From Octopus vulgaris (Eukaryota), in the NCBI GenBank assembly GCA_951406725.2, contig OX597832.1, forward strand, positions 49,290,001 to 49,354,000: DNA of 64,000 bases. The letters run 5' to 3'. Below are positions 45,836-59,190 of this stretch, piece after piece (the stretch's first letter is position 1; every line of letters starts with the position of its first letter). Position numbers and translations under genes: made by a program. The notes below the pieces were generated by a model that saw only the letters and a list, made by a program, of their open reading frames with translations, was not told where the DNA came from and did not search any database.

Positions 45836-46052
45836 AGTTACGTGTCTTTCCATCTTTAATGGTAGAGTCGAATTCTTGGAAATTTCCCTGCTATTCCGAG
45901 CTAAAAGTATTCTCGATGGTTCAGGATGATGTACGAAATATCAAATACCAGTGATATCCTAAACACTGCTCAATCTAAGATCATGTTCTCTAACTGCAGG
46001 AACCTCTCAGTACAAAATAATCATCAATATGGAAAAAAAGAAAGCAACACAC

Positions 46053-46126
46053 TGCCCCAAGTGAGATTCGAACTCACGACTCCTGGTTTACGAAACCAGT
46101 GCTCTAAACCACTGAGCTACTGGGGC
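46053..46126 (-). tRNA. tRNA-Thr-CGT: tRNA-Thr(CGT)
   Basis: GCCCCAGTAGCTCAGTGGTTTAGAGCACTGGTTTCGTAAACCAGGAGTCGTGAGTTCGAATCTCACTTGGGGCA folds as a cloverleaf with G7-U66 wobble; T7 terminator at 46033-46039 (minus). Confidence 0.93.
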
Positions 46127-46247
46127 TCCACATAAAATAGTATTTATTATTGCACTGTAAAATCTGGTCGATCTTATTAAAGCGATATTTGTTGTCACTC
46201 ATATACATGTAATGATTAAGCCGGCAAGCTGGCAGAATTGTTAACAT

Positions 46248-46424
46248 AGGCGCAGGAGTGGCTGTGTGGTGAGTAGCTTGCTTACCAACCACATGGTTCC
46301 GGGTTCAGTTTCACTGCGTGGTGCCTTGGGCAAGTTTCTTCTACTATAGCCTCGCGCCGACCAAAGCCTTGTGAGTGGATTTGGTAGACGGAAACTGAAA
46401 GAAGCCCGTCGTATATATGTATAC

Positions 46425-46486
<62 letters not shown>

Positions 46487-46730
46487 ATGTATGTATGTAT
46501 GTATGTATGTATGTGTGTATATGTTTGTGTGTCAGTGTTTGTCCCCCCAACATCACTTGACAACCGATGGCGGTTTGTTTACGTCCCCGTAACTTAGAGG
46601 TTCGTCAAGAGAAACCGATAGAATAATTACTAGGCTTAAAAAGAATAAGTCCTGGGATCGATTTGCTCGACTAAAGGCGATGCTCCAGCATGGCCGCAGT
46701 CAAATGACTGAAACAAATAAAAAAAAAAAA
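46248..46730 (+). mobile_element. SINE family B, full length
   Basis: Family B consensus with an expanded internal TA/TG/TATG tract. Confidence 0.88.
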
Positions 46731-46884
46731 GAAAAACGAAGAAAGCCGGACAAAATTCTTGGCGGCAAATCATCCATTTTTACGTTTCATAATTTGGGAT
46801 TCTGAAGTGAATTATTTTGCATTTTCTATTCTGTTTCTCTAAACATGAGCTGCAAATAACTACACAATCATCATGACATTTATA

Positions 46885-47462
46885 TTGGCTTCAACTTTTG
46901 GCACAAGGCCCGAAAGTTCGGGGTAGAGGCACGTCCATTACACAGACCACAAAATTCTACTGGTACTTTCATCGACCTCCGAAAGGGTGAAAGGCAAAGT
47001 CAGCCTCGGTGGAATTTAAACTCAGAACGTAAGGACGGACGAAATACCTATTTCTATTTCTTTACTACCCACAAGGAGCTAAACACAGAGGGGACAAACA
47101 AGGAAAGATAAACAGATTAAGTCAATTATATCGACCCCAGTGCGTAACTGGTACTTATTTAAACGACCCCGAAAGGATGAAAGGCAAATTCGACCTCAGC
47201 GGGATTTGAACTCAGAACGTAGCGACAGGCGAAATACCTATTTCTTTACTACCCACAAGGGGATAAACACAGAAAGGACAAACATGGACAGACAAACGGA
47301 TTAAGTCGATTATATTGACCCCAGTGCGTAACAGGTACTTATTTAATCGACCCCGAAAGGATGAAAGGCAAAGTCGACCTCAGCGGGATTTGAACTCAGA
47401 ACGTAGCGGCAGACGAAATACCGCTAAGCATTTCGCCCGGCGCGCTAACGATTCTGCCAACT
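46885..47462 (-). mobile_element. SINE family A array (head, two young bodies, distal old-type body)
   Basis: GAAATACC-TATTTC junctions at about 47041 and 47231. Confidence 0.85.
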
Positions 47463-47484
47463 AATAATAATAATAATAATAATG

Positions 47485-47544
<60 letters not shown>

Positions 47545-48475
47545 GATGACCTCATGACCGTAATGTAATACAATGCACCACGGTTTATACTAGACATTTA
47601 TCATTATCAATTACTCATCTCCACATCATCGTGATACACTGACTCAAATATGAACTAAATACGATAGATTAATTTAACTAAATAACGATAAATCAATACT
47701 TCATAAACTTGATTACATATTATCTCTCTCCCTCTCTCCCTCTCTCCCTCTCTCCTTTTCTCTCTCTCTCTCACCCTCCTTCGATCTCTCTCTTTCCAAA
47801 CTCATCCGCTTTCTCTCTCTCTCTCTCTGTCTGTCTTCCAATCTGTTTCTCTTTCCCACTTTCACTCTTCCCCTCTCTTTCTCTCTCTTCCCCCCTCTCT
47901 CTCTCTCTTTCTCTCGCTGTCTTTCTGTCTCTCTTCCTATCTCTGTGATGGACACTTCAAAGGAATCCTACAAAGCTACGGGCTCTTTTATGACTTTCAA
48001 TAGTTTACAGGAATTTCTCCCTTCTCTTTCGTTTTTTTTTTTTTTTTGTATATATTCTTCAATCAATTAATTAATGGAATTAACTACTTAAATGATTGAT
48101 TAATTAATGAATTTAACAATTAATTTCTGATTGATTGTAGTGACAAGGTGTTTCGGGTTTTTGTGTCTTTCACCTCAATGGCATTCCTCCTGTGATTTTT
48201 GATTTCTCTAATGGAATTTAATTGGTGTAAAATATAAGAATGCGAAACTGGTTTTCCAGCTCAGAGAGTTTTAATCTCAGAAATATATTGCACACTGCAC
48301 TCACTCACACACACGCACCACCACCACCACCACACACGAACCCACATACATTCTTTCTCTCCCTCTCTCTCTCACACGCAAACACACTATTGAACTGATT
48401 TATGCATAAACACACAAACTTAGCTCTACTTGGAGTTTTATATATGTATGTATGTATGTATGTAATGTATGTATG

Positions 48476-48506
<31 letters not shown>

Positions 48507-48508
48507 TG

Positions 48509-48574
<66 letters not shown>

Positions 48575-48580
48575 TGTATG

Positions 48581-48636
<56 letters not shown>

Positions 48637-48691
48637 CATGTATGTATGTATGTATGTATGTATGCATGTATGTATGTATATATATATATGT

Positions 48692-48752
<61 letters not shown>

Positions 48753-48842
48753 GTATATATAAAAAAGGAAATGAAGAAAATGCTGACAAATAATTGAAGT
48801 AATTTAAGTAATTTAATTAGGTGAAAGTTCTTTTTACCGGTG

Positions 48843-48897
<55 letters not shown>

Positions 48898-49199
48898 AAT
48901 AAATATATGTATGTATGTATGTGTGTGTGTATGTGTGTGTGTATGTATGTATGTATGTATGTATGTATGTATGTGTGTATGTATGACGATGCAAGGAGGA
49001 AAACAATAGAAATCAAAATATAGGCATATTTATATCTTTATTAATATTTAGCAGAAGCAACGCAGTAACTCAACGGCAGAGAGTTTCGTTAATTGCCAAC
49101 GCCCGAAACTCTCGACTCTTGAATCACCCTGTTACTTCAGCTACATGTTAATATCTATATAAATGCACATATACATATGTCTGTGGGGTGTGCATGTGC

Positions 49200-49880
49200 T
49201 TGTTGATGAGCTTTTGGCCAGAGAGGTAAGTGTTTGTCTCTCATCCTTTCGCTCGATTCCACCGCATACATTCTTTCACCATGGCCACCAGTACGATGAA
49301 CACTGCCTTGCCTCCCCGGTTGAGGGAAGATGGCGCAGCAATTTTCATGATAGACTCGGCTGATAGGCGGACTCGTTCCCACATGAGACAGCAGCCGTTC
49401 GGTATAAGCCCACAGGTCCGACCGAAATGGTTGGACACTGCACGGGCGCGTGCAGAGCGTTTTCGTCCCTCAGACCGCATCTCGGGCAAGTCGGTCCGGT
49501 GTGTCTCGAACCGTGCCTGCAGAGCTTATCCCTAATCAGGTAATGCTTCTCGATAGCACTGCTAGGTCAGGGATCTTTATTGATTGTCCATAGGTCCCGG
49601 TCCGAAAGTTGTCCTGAACAGGCGGGTCAGGTGTTCCTCGTCGCGCCTCCCTAATCCTCTATAGAACGCCTTTGTTGTAATGAAGTCGCACAAGCTTGGT
49701 CCCGGACGGCAGAGATGCTTCAGAGCGATGCGACACTCACGGTGCCATTCGCATAGCCTCGGTCTCTGTTTGATCCACGACTGCAGTTCCACCAAGGAGA
49801 CGAGCTGCGGGAAAGCGCGCCGCACAAACAGTGACCACACCTGTTCACCGTCGTCTATGAAGCGCCAGAGATGTCGCAAG
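49200..49880 (-). pseudogene. Tx1/L1-clade LINE ORF2 C-terminal fragment (zinc knuckle)
   Basis: GC-rich island translating across stops and frameshifts to ...QCYREALP-RDKLCRHG...TCPRCGLRDENALHAPVQCP...LW (a CCHC zinc-knuckle motif of L1/Tx1 ORF2 type). Confidence 0.75.
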
Positions 49881-50123
49881 ACAGACAGATAGATAAATAG
49901 ATAGATACCTACATCCATCTATCCATCCATCCATCCATACATACATACATGCATACATACATACAGACAGACAGACAGGCAGACGGACAGACATACATAT
50001 ACGTGTGTGTATGTGTGTGCGTGTGCGTGCGTGTGTGTGTATGTGTGTGAGCGTGTATGTGTGTACTTTTTCTCTCGCGGTTTTTTTTTTTTTCATTCTC
50101 TGTCCATTTTTCCCTATTATTCC

Positions 50124-50157
50124 TTTCTGTCGAAGAGCGTAGGCTCGAAACGTCAAA
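50124..50157 (+). ncRNA. minimal type I hammerhead-like motif, U6 variant (copy 1)
   Basis: TTT-CTGTCGA-A-GAGC-GTAG-GCTC-GAA-ACGT-C-AAA. Confidence 0.65.
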
Positions 50158-50249
50158 TACTTTTCCATTTTCCCCGAGTGTTAAACGAATACACCTGCTT
50201 GTTTTTCCTACACCTGTCTTCGTCTTTTGTTTTTCTGTAACTTTGAACA

Positions 50250-50384
<135 letters not shown>

Positions 50385-50835
50385 CATACATACATACATA
50401 CATACATACATACATACATACATACATACATGCATACATACATACATACATACATACATAGACGTATGTATGTATTTATGTATGTATGTATGTATGTAGG
50501 CATGCATATATGTATGTATGTATATACACAACATATCTATGCAAGTGTATATTCCTTTCTGACCTTTGTATGTACGTGCTTGAGCGCATATATGTGTGTG
50601 TGTGTGTCTATACGTGTGTGTTGTATGTCTTTGTGTGCCTGCGCACGTGTGTGTACACAAGTATATAACATGCATGTGTATATGTGTGAATGGAATGTAT
50701 GTACGAATGCGTATATCTCATTGGTAGTGGACTCCAAAACTTACGCGTGTGTTTGTATACATGCATTACACTCGTAACAAACATCTATTTAACCTATAAA
50801 TGCATATATATATGTTTATATATATATATACACAA

Positions 50836-50866
<31 letters not shown>

Positions 50867-50884
50867 AATGCATATGTATATGTT

Positions 50885-50930
<46 letters not shown>

Positions 50931-51132
50931 TATACATAAATGCATATGTTTATACATATGTTTATGTATATATATATATATATATACATATATATACATA
51001 AATGCATATGTTTATACATATGTTTATATATATATATATATACACACAAATATATATATATATAAATGCATATGTATATGTTTATATATATATATATACA
51101 TATATATATACATAAATACATATATATATGTT

Positions 51133-51296
<164 letters not shown>

Positions 51297-51746
51297 ATGT
51301 GTGTGTGTCTATGACCATACGTGAGTATTCTGTGTTCTGGACAGGATGTGGTTCTTTCAGTCACTGCTATTAGGTTTATTGTTCAACAAGAAAAGGAGTT
51401 TTAATGGCAAGAAGTATGACCGTTAAAGAAAGGCTGGAGGACATGAAATAACCGGATGTCGATATACCGAATAGAAGAATGGCTGACATTTTGAAATTAC
51501 CAATAATGGTACTGAACTTCAGAAATCTTTCCAAGATTTTACTCCATGTTTTCATTTATGCAATTTTTTTTTTATGGCAGGGCGGGGGGGCTCCTTTTTC
51601 TTAGTTAATCTTTAAATAGATTGCGTTAGCTATGAAAATCGTTTGTAATAATGTTTTATCTGAAACCCTAGAAAAATTGGAGTCATAGAGTGAGAAGGAG
51701 AAGGGAGAGCGAGACAGATAGAGACAGAGAGAGAAAGAGACAGAAT

Positions 51747-51805
<59 letters not shown>

Positions 51806-51829
51806 TGAGACACAGAGAGAGCGACTGAG

Positions 51830-51860
<31 letters not shown>

Positions 51861-51951
51861 CGTGCGAAAGAAAGAATTCAATGAATGGACGAATGTATGA
51901 ATGAATGAATGAATGAATGAATGAATGAAAGACGAGAAGAAAAGTAAAGAC

Positions 51952-52018
<67 letters not shown>

Positions 52019-52390
52019 AAAGAAGGAAGGAAGAATGTATCAACTGCTTTTTCTAACAATTCAAGCGATTTCACAGAAGCTACTTTTTTAGGGTTTCGAG
52101 AAATATATAACCATTGCAGTGTTGTATAGATCAACAGAGTAAGAAACGATAGCATTGTTAAAGAAAAAAACAATTATCAGAGCATCGTTTTTCGGTAGGC
52201 CTAGAAGCCATTACAATTTATCTTCGTTTTTATCAATTTCGTTTTTGCCACGCAAGATGGTAGCATTAAAATCACCAGCAATGTGCTATACAAGAGTCAA
52301 TTCATGATCTTTTCATAAAAAAATAATAACTTGATCCACGCCCAAACAAACATTTCAGTGTTAAATAAAGAAAATTTACAGAAAGAATGT

Positions 52391-52442
52391 TGCTCCAAAT
52401 AGGGTTCGAACTCGTTACATCGGTGTCCTAAACCATTGAAAC
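52391..52442 (-). pseudogene. decayed tRNA-Thr-like fragment lacking most of the anticodon arm
   Basis: TGCTCCAAATAGGGTTCGAACTCG...CGGTGTCCTAAACCATTGA aligns to TGCCCCAAGTGAGATTCGAACTCA...CAGTGCTCTAAACCACTGA. Confidence 0.5.
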
Positions 52443-52449
52443 TTTTTTT

Positions 52450-52749
52450 TCCTTCCTTCTTGAGCCACGCCTAGCTCATTAGGGCCGGTTTCCTGGTTTC
52501 CTTGGTGTTTAGGTTCCCCACCTGGACGGGACGCCGGTCCGTTGCAGGTGAGCTGCAAGATGCAGGAAGAAAGAGTGAGAGAAAGTTGTGGCAAAAGAGT
52601 CAGCAGAAGTTCGCTATTACCTTCTGCCGGAGCCGCGTGAGGCTTGGGTGTTTCGCTCATAAACACACACATCACCCGGTCTGAGATTCGAACCCGCGAT
52701 CCCTCAACCGTGAGTCCGCTGCTCTAACCACTAGGCCATGTGCCTCCAC
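52450..52749 (-). mobile_element. tRNA-derived SINE (C/D-related)
   Basis: Head GTGGAGGCACATGGCCTAGTGGTTAGAGC...GGTTCGAATCTC; tail shared with family D (GAAACCGG...CTAGGC). Confidence 0.75.
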
Positions 52750-53436
52750 TCTTAAGAATCTTAAGAACTGCTTTTTTGTGGAGTACTGTTGAGCAGGATG
52801 TTCCGTTGGTCGGATCATCTGGAGCCCTCGGCATAACCGATGGAATTCCACTCAGCTAAATGTGCAAATACATGGAAGGATTATTGGCTGAAGATTTGAT
52901 CGTTGTTCCCTGTTTTGATCGCTGTCTCACAACATTGTATTTATCAAACACAACCTTGATGAAAAATGTTTAACGCCATTTCTTCCAACTTTACGTTCTC
53001 ATTTCAAATTCCGTTGGGGTCGAATTTACCTACCCTCTTTTCAGGGGTCAACAAAATACGTCCAGTTGATTACTGGGGTTGATACAATCAACCTACCTTC
53101 TCACTCAAAATTGTGCCAAAATTCGAAAGCAATGCTACGTATCTCTTTTGCTCCACACACGAAACCAACAAATATTACGTAGTGTTAAAATTTCTACGAC
53201 GCGAGTGTATTGGCCAGGCTTACGTCATGAGATCGTAATATTAGATGGTACGTCTGATATTCCTTCCTGATACGAATAAATGAAGTGAAATTGATATAAC
53301 CACCATTGTAATAGTGTATTGCACATGTCTGTAGAATAATTACCTCAAGAGAGTAGAAGAAAATGTTTGCCGCCTAAACTATATTGGGTAAAGGTTTGCA
53401 CACCAAAATATAATTACATTATGTATAGTAGGTGGG

Positions 53437-53860
53437 GATCTTTTCGGTTTGAACGGCAGTTTTTAACATAATTTCTAGGTAACTAAAAAATTTTTAAATT
53501 CGTATACTGGTAGAATGTGTTTATAAAACATCTTTTTCTCTTGGCTTTATTTAGAAAATTCTATATTTCTAAGATATTTGTTGTTGTTTTTTTCTTCAAT
53601 TTCTGCAATTTCAACCAATCAATGACGTCTAATGAGGTAAAAGACATTCTGCGCCGTATGAATATGTCACTCGTTTAAGAAACAGATTGGGTTTATTTAC
53701 ATTTGTGAAGTAAAAAAGATACCCTTCCCCCCACCCCTAGCCCTAACCCTAACCCTAAAACAGATTGAAATGCAATAGTTCGATACTAGGGTCATAATTA
53801 TGGGGGACAATTTCATATGACACCGCTAGAAAAAAAACTGCCGTTCAAACCGAAAAGATC
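53437..53860 (+). mobile_element. MITE with TIRs of about 28 bp and internal (CCCTAA)n
   Basis: TIR GATCTTTTCGGTTTGAACGGCAGTTTTT and its reverse complement; flanking direct repeat AGTAGGTGG(G). Confidence 0.85.
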
Positions 53861-54053
53861 AGTAGGTGGGAATGGCATGAATGCTACAACTTAAATTCCT
53901 TCCTCAATTTAGTATGTTTCAATATATTGTTAGGTGAACATGAACAGCAAATATCTAAACAATAATCATTATATTCATATTAGCAGCAGCAAATGACACT
54001 TTAAATAGATCGACCAAAGTAATAGTGCAATAACAAAGATTCCGTTGCGTGGT

Positions 54054-54127
54054 GCCCCAATAGCTCAGTGGTTTAGAGCACTGGTTTCGTAAACCAGGAG
54101 TCGCGAGTTCGAATCTCGCTTGGGGCA
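54054..54127 (+). tRNA. tRNA-Thr-CGT: tRNA-Thr(CGT)
   Basis: GCCCCAATAGCTCAGTGGTTTAGAGCACTGGTTTCGTAAACCAGGAGTCGCGAGTTCGAATCTCGCTTGGGGCA; all four stems pair; anticodon loop TTCGTAA. Confidence 0.95.
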
Positions 54128-54131
54128 GTAC

Positions 54132-54136
54132 TTTTT
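54132..54136 (+). terminator. RNA polymerase III T-run terminator
   Basis: TTTTT four nt after the tRNA; a longer T run follows at about 54144. Confidence 0.75.
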
Positions 54137-54284
54137 CGATAACTTTTTTTAAATTTTAAATTGGGATAAATTTCTTTCGTTAAGGCGCACGTCGTTATTT
54201 TAGTTAAGTGATACATTAATTCCTCCACCATCGCTGTTGTTACGTTCCAAAACCTCCCGCAGAAATAATTAAAAAATAGATACC

Positions 54285-54421
54285 TATCCGCCACAGAAAC
54301 CCGCGATATGAATTTACATATGTAAGCCAGAAAGATCCGTGATGTACTGAGTGCGTGATAAGTGAGCCGCGATCTACTGAGTGTGCGATAGGTGAACCGC
54401 GATATGGTGAGGGATTACTGT
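54285..54421 (-). mobile_element. pogo/Tigger-like terminal fragment
   Basis: TA-CAGTAATCCCTC end with subterminal repeats of about 30 bp (CCGCGAT). Confidence 0.45.
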
Positions 54422-54652
54422 ACACCATTGAATGCATTTCAGCGTATTACTGGTATGTGTAATTAGATCGTTTATACCACAGTGAAAGTAGACAAGTGTA
54501 GCTGGTAATAAAACAATATTTTTTGAATCATTATTTGGAATACTTGTTTGGATATTTTCAGTATTTTTCACTAGGACTCGTTTCAGCAACGGACAAACTA
54601 ATAGCAAGTCAACAGACACCATTTAATAATTAAGCCTTTTAGGGCAATTCAC

Positions 54653-55062
54653 GGATCTTTTCGGTTTGAACGGCATTTTTTTCTAGCGGTGTCATATGAA
54701 ATTGTCACCCATAACTATGACCCTAGTATCGATCTATTGCATTTCAATCTGTTTTAGGGTTAGGGTTAGGGTTAGGGGATGTTATTTTATTCAGAAATGT
54801 AAATAAACCCAATATGTTTCTTAAACGAAGGACATATTCATACGGCACAGAATGTTTTCACCTCAGTAGACGTCATTGATTGGTTGAAATTGAAGAAATT
54901 GAAGAAAAAGAACAACAAATATCTTACAAACTATAGAATTTTCTCAATAAAGCCAAGAGAAAAAGATGTTTTATAAACACATTCTACCAGTATACGAAGT
55001 TTAAAAGTGTTTAGTTACGTGGAAATTATTTTAAAAAACTGCCGGTCAAACCGAAAAGATCC
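54653..55062 (-). mobile_element. second copy of the (TTAGGG)n-containing MITE, inverted
   Basis: Same TIRs; interior is the reverse complement of 53437-53860; 8-bp TSD CAATTCAC. Confidence 0.85.
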
Positions 55063-55432
55063 CAATTCACTTGCAATATGAGAGTCGCCAGATTAAACTG
55101 AGAGCAGGAAAACATTTATTTTTGAATGGTTCGGCGGGCATTGTATTGCAAATAATAAGAGATGGTTCGCAGATATCACAATGAGTTTAAATATTTATTT
55201 TAACCAATCACAAAACCGTCATGTAGAATGAAAAGGGAGAAATGAGATGCTAAAATGACTAGAGAAGGAACAAACAACAACAAGATTCTTAAGGCACGGG
55301 ATGGGATGAGGCTGGCCCTTAAAATTACATGTACAGCTCAGTCTTCCCAGCTGAGTGGACTGGGGAAATGTGAAATAAAGTGTCTTGCTCAAGGACATGA
55401 TGCACTGCCAGGAATCGAACTCATGATATATA

Positions 55433-55838
55433 TACTCTTTTACTCTCTTTTACTTGTTTCAGTCATTTGACTGCGGCCATGCTGGAGCACCACCTTTAAT
55501 CGAGCAACTCGACCCCGGGACTTATTCTATTGTAAGCCCAGTACTGATTCTATCGGTCTCTTTTGCCGAACCGCTAAGTAACGGGGACATAAACACACCA
55601 GCATCGGTTGTCAAGCAATGCTAGGGGGACAAACACAGACACACAAACATATATATATATATATATATATATACGACGGGCTTCTTTCAGTTTCCGTCTA
55701 CCAAATCCACTCACAAGGCTTTGGTCAGCCCGCGGCTATAGCAGAAGACACTTGCCCAAGGTGCCACGCAATGGGACTGAACCCGGAAGTATGTGGTTGG
55801 TAAACAAGCTACTTACCACACAGCCACTGCTGCGCCTA
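55433..55838 (-). mobile_element. SINE family B
   Basis: Family B consensus in reverse orientation. Confidence 0.88.
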
Positions 55839-56066
55839 TGTACATTTATAGCTACGTGTCTTTCCATTTTTAATATGGTAGAGGCCAATTCTTGAAAATT
55901 TGCCTGCTATTCTGAGCGAAATTTAATTTCGATAGTTCAAAATGATGTACGAAATTTTAAATACCAATAAATATCCTAAACACTACTCAATCTAAGATCA
56001 TATTCTCTAACTGCGAAAATTTCGTAGCACAAAATTATCATCTATTTGTAAAAGATTGTAACTTAC

Positions 56067-56140
56067 TGCCCCAAGTGAGATTCGAACTCACGACTCCTGG
56101 TTTACGAAACCAGTGCTCTAAACCACTGAGCTATTGGGGC
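56067..56140 (-). tRNA. tRNA-Thr-CGT: tRNA-Thr(CGT)
   Basis: Complete cloverleaf, identical to the 57537 copy; T4 run at 56050-56053 (minus). Confidence 0.94.
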
Positions 56141-56234
56141 ACAACGAATAAACGTATTTATTATTGCACTGTAACTCTGGTCGATCTTATTAAAGCAATA
56201 CTTGTTACTAATATAAATGTAATGATTAAACCGG

Positions 56235-56446
56235 CGATGTCTCTCGAATTCTGTGTTTGTGCGTGTGTGTGTGTATGTGTGTGTTTATGTATGTCCTATT
56301 AAATTTGAGCTGATGTCTCTCGAATTCTAACTCTGTGTGTGCGTGTTTGTGTGTTTGTGTGTATGTGTATCTGCGTGTGTGTGTGTGTCCGTGAGTCTGC
56401 ATGTGTGTGTGTCCTATTAAATTTGAACTGATGTCTCTCGAATTCT
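56235..56446. repeat. short tandem repeat: GATGTCTCTCGAATTCT-(TG)n-TCCTATTAAATTTGA, about 2.3 units
   Basis: The motif recurs at about 56236, 56312 and 56430. Confidence 0.75.
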
Positions 56447-56577
56447 CATTGTATTGATCTAAGCCACAATATTATTCAGAAGAATCGTCAAGTTTACTTT
56501 CGTTATGATTCACACTTACTCTTGATAATGAACTCGGGACCTCCCAGATATGTATCCAGGCCGTTAGAATAAGATAA

Positions 56578-56995
56578 GGCGGCGAGCTGGCAGAATCGTT
56601 AGCACGCCAAGCGAAATGCTTAGCGGTATTTCGTCTGCGTTACGTTGTGAGTTCAAATTCCGCCGAGGTCGACTTTGCCTTTCATCCTTTCGGGGTCGAT
56701 AAATTAAGTACCAGTTACGCACTGGGGTCGATATAATCGACTTAATACCTATGTCTGTCCTTGTTTGTTCCCTCTGTGTTTAGCCCCTTGTGGGTAATAA
56801 AGAAATAAGTATTTCGTCTGCCGTTTCGTTCTGAGTTCAAATTCCGCCGAGGTTGACTTTGCCTTTCATCCTTTCGGGTTCGATAAATTAAGTACCAGTT
56901 ATACACTGGGATCGATCGAAACGACTTAATCCTTTTGTCTGTCCTTGTTTGTCCCCTCTATGTTTAGCCCCTCCCCTGTGGGCAATAAAGAAATA
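56578..56995 (+). mobile_element. SINE family A dimer inside a single target-site duplication
   Basis: Second body restarts at 56808; AGAATAAGAT flanks at 56566 and 56996. Confidence 0.88.
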
Positions 56996-57536
56996 AGAAT
57001 AAGATCAACACTAAATTCTTCAGTGAACTGAGAAAGTTGTCAATTTTGCTTATAGTTAAGATTGTTATTTTTGTCTTTGTTGCTTAGCCTCTAGTCTACC
57101 TTTTATCAAAGATCTTCCAATCATGGTCCTTTCATCTATTTCTATTTCTATAAATACATTCTCCGATGAGTCATTGATTATTTAAATGGCAGTTTCAGTA
57201 ATGGGGAGAGAGTTATATGTACGATTGAGTGTTACACATATAACAGAGTGTTACATAAACAATTGGATTAAAAGCGGTTTCATGTCAACGGCTTCGACTT
57301 CATCTTTCAAAACCCCAGACACGTCCTGTAGAGTTTTATGTGATTTGTAGCACGTAGAGCGACCACATAGAATTCAATAAATTCCCATTTATTGAAAGAG
57401 AAAAACATGTAAGAATTATGGATACCAGTGCTATACTGGAATCCGTTCAACAGAACAACGACCTGGTCTTTAAACCAAATAAAAACCATCAAAAATACGA
57501 AATTATTGCCATCAAATAAAACTGTACCAAGTAAAC

Positions 57537-57610
57537 TGCCCCAAGTGAGATTCGAACTCACGACTCCTGGTTTACGAAACCAGTGCTCTAAACCACTGAG
57601 CTATTGGGGC
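57537..57610 (-). tRNA. tRNA-Thr-CGT: tRNA-Thr(CGT)
   Basis: Complete cloverleaf with CGT anticodon; T4 run at 57518-57521 (minus). Confidence 0.94.
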
Positions 57611-58352
57611 ACCACACAACCTGACAGCAATTAATGGACTATTTAACTGATCTGTGAATTAAAACCTCAACATTCTTATTCTTACAGCTTATAATTCATT
57701 CTATTAAAAGACACAAGGCTTGAAGTTTTGGAGGAGGTGTTCTTCGATTTTATCGATCCTGTTCTTGAATGGTACTTTACTTTATCGACCCCGTGAATTG
57801 TCATTTTAAGTGTACTTGAGAAGGTATGCCAGCAACGACAACAACATTCCCCATTTTCACGCCCATTGATCTCAATTGGTCCGGGGACTGCTCAGCTATT
57901 GATTAATTGATTCATGTATTTATATCGCAAATGTATTTCAGTGTGAGGTATAAATTAAAATGAAAGAACGTAGCGTGTTCTATGTATAGAATAAGAGAAT
58001 AAAATGTGTGGTTTAGTTAGAATGACGGAATGAAATGCGTAGCATAGAGAGAACGCCAGATGAATGGAGAGTAACATACATAAGTTGTGAGTACATGCAA
58101 AGAAAATAATTATATGTCCAGAAGAGAGTTACATACATGTGATAGAATTGTTTCATATGCAGGCATGGGTGTGGTAAGAAGTGTGCTTCCCTGTCTCATG
58201 GTTCTGGGTTCAGTCCCACTGTGTGGCACCTTGGGTAAGTGTTTTCTACGATATCGTCGAGCCGACCAAAGCCTAGTGAGTGGATTTAGTAAAACGGAAA
58301 TCGGAAGAAGCCTCTTGTATATATATATATATCCCTGTTTCTTTCTGTGTTC

Positions 58353-58389
58353 CTTTCTGTGGAAGAGCGTAGGCTCGAAACGTTAAAAG
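58353..58389 (+). ncRNA. minimal hammerhead-like motif, U6 variant (copy 2)
   Basis: CTTT-CTGTGGA-A-GAGC-GTAG-GCTC-GAA-ACGT-T-AAAAG. Confidence 0.65.
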
Positions 58390-58476
58390 ACTTTTCACTT
58401 CCCGAGCGTTAAACTAATACAGCTGTATGTTGTCTACACCACCTGTCTTCGTCTTCCATTTTTTTGTGTGAATTCT

Positions 58477-58548
<72 letters not shown>

Positions 58549-58645
58549 GAGGGATATTATTCCAAACTTACAGGGAAAAATTCAATTTAGAAATACTAAA
58601 TCAAATTTCACAAAATATATATGTTTATATATATATATATACATA

Positions 58646-58991
58646 AGTGAAGACGCATGGCTAGGGGATTAGAGCGTCAAACTTACGATCGTGAGGCTGT
58701 GAGCTCGATTCCTGCACTGCGCTGCGTGGTTATGTTCCTGAGCAAGACACTTTATTTCACGCTGCTCCAGTTAGCTCAGCTGTAGAAATGAGTTGCGACA
58801 TCACGGGTGTCAAGCTGTAAAGGCTTTTGCCTTTCCCTTAAGTAACATCGGTGGCATGGAGAGGCTGGTATGCATGGGTGACTGCTGGTCTTCCATAAAA
58901 ACAAACCTAGGTTGTGCATTCACTGGTGAGGCGACTTTCCGCCCAGACTTGTGCCCCGGAGGGGAGCTTCTTCGGTGCACCCATGGTCATT

Positions 58992-58995
<4 letters not shown>
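58646..58995 (+). mobile_element. tRNA-derived SINE (D/E-related head)
   Basis: A-box and B-box-like head followed by TGAGCAAGACACTTTATTTCAC. Confidence 0.65.
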
Positions 58996-59036
<41 letters not shown>

Positions 59037-59154
59037 CTACTTCTTAGCTCTCCTGTGTGACCCTTCTGTCTGGCATTCGCCATGATAGATCGGTAGTCAC
59101 TACACACATTTTTCTCTCCTTGTTTCTCCCCTTTCTGTGTTCCTTTCTGTGTTC

Positions 59155-59190
59155 CTTTCTGTGGAAGAGCGTAGGCTCGAAACGTTAAAG
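59155..59190 (+). ncRNA. minimal hammerhead-like motif, U6 variant (copy 3)
   Basis: CTTT-CTGTGGA-A-GAGC-GTAG-GCTC-GAA-ACGT-T-AAAG. Confidence 0.65.

Noticed and set aside
49072-49144. Hammerhead-like arrangement on the minus strand (GTAG-CTGAAGT...GAAACTC...GAGTTA-CTGC)
   Set aside because: A9 is missing, stem II does not close and there is an extra base at the cleavage site.
54754-54778. (TTAGGG)n as an interstitial telomere or fusion scar
   Set aside because: Only about 4 units, and they are internal to a MITE present twice.
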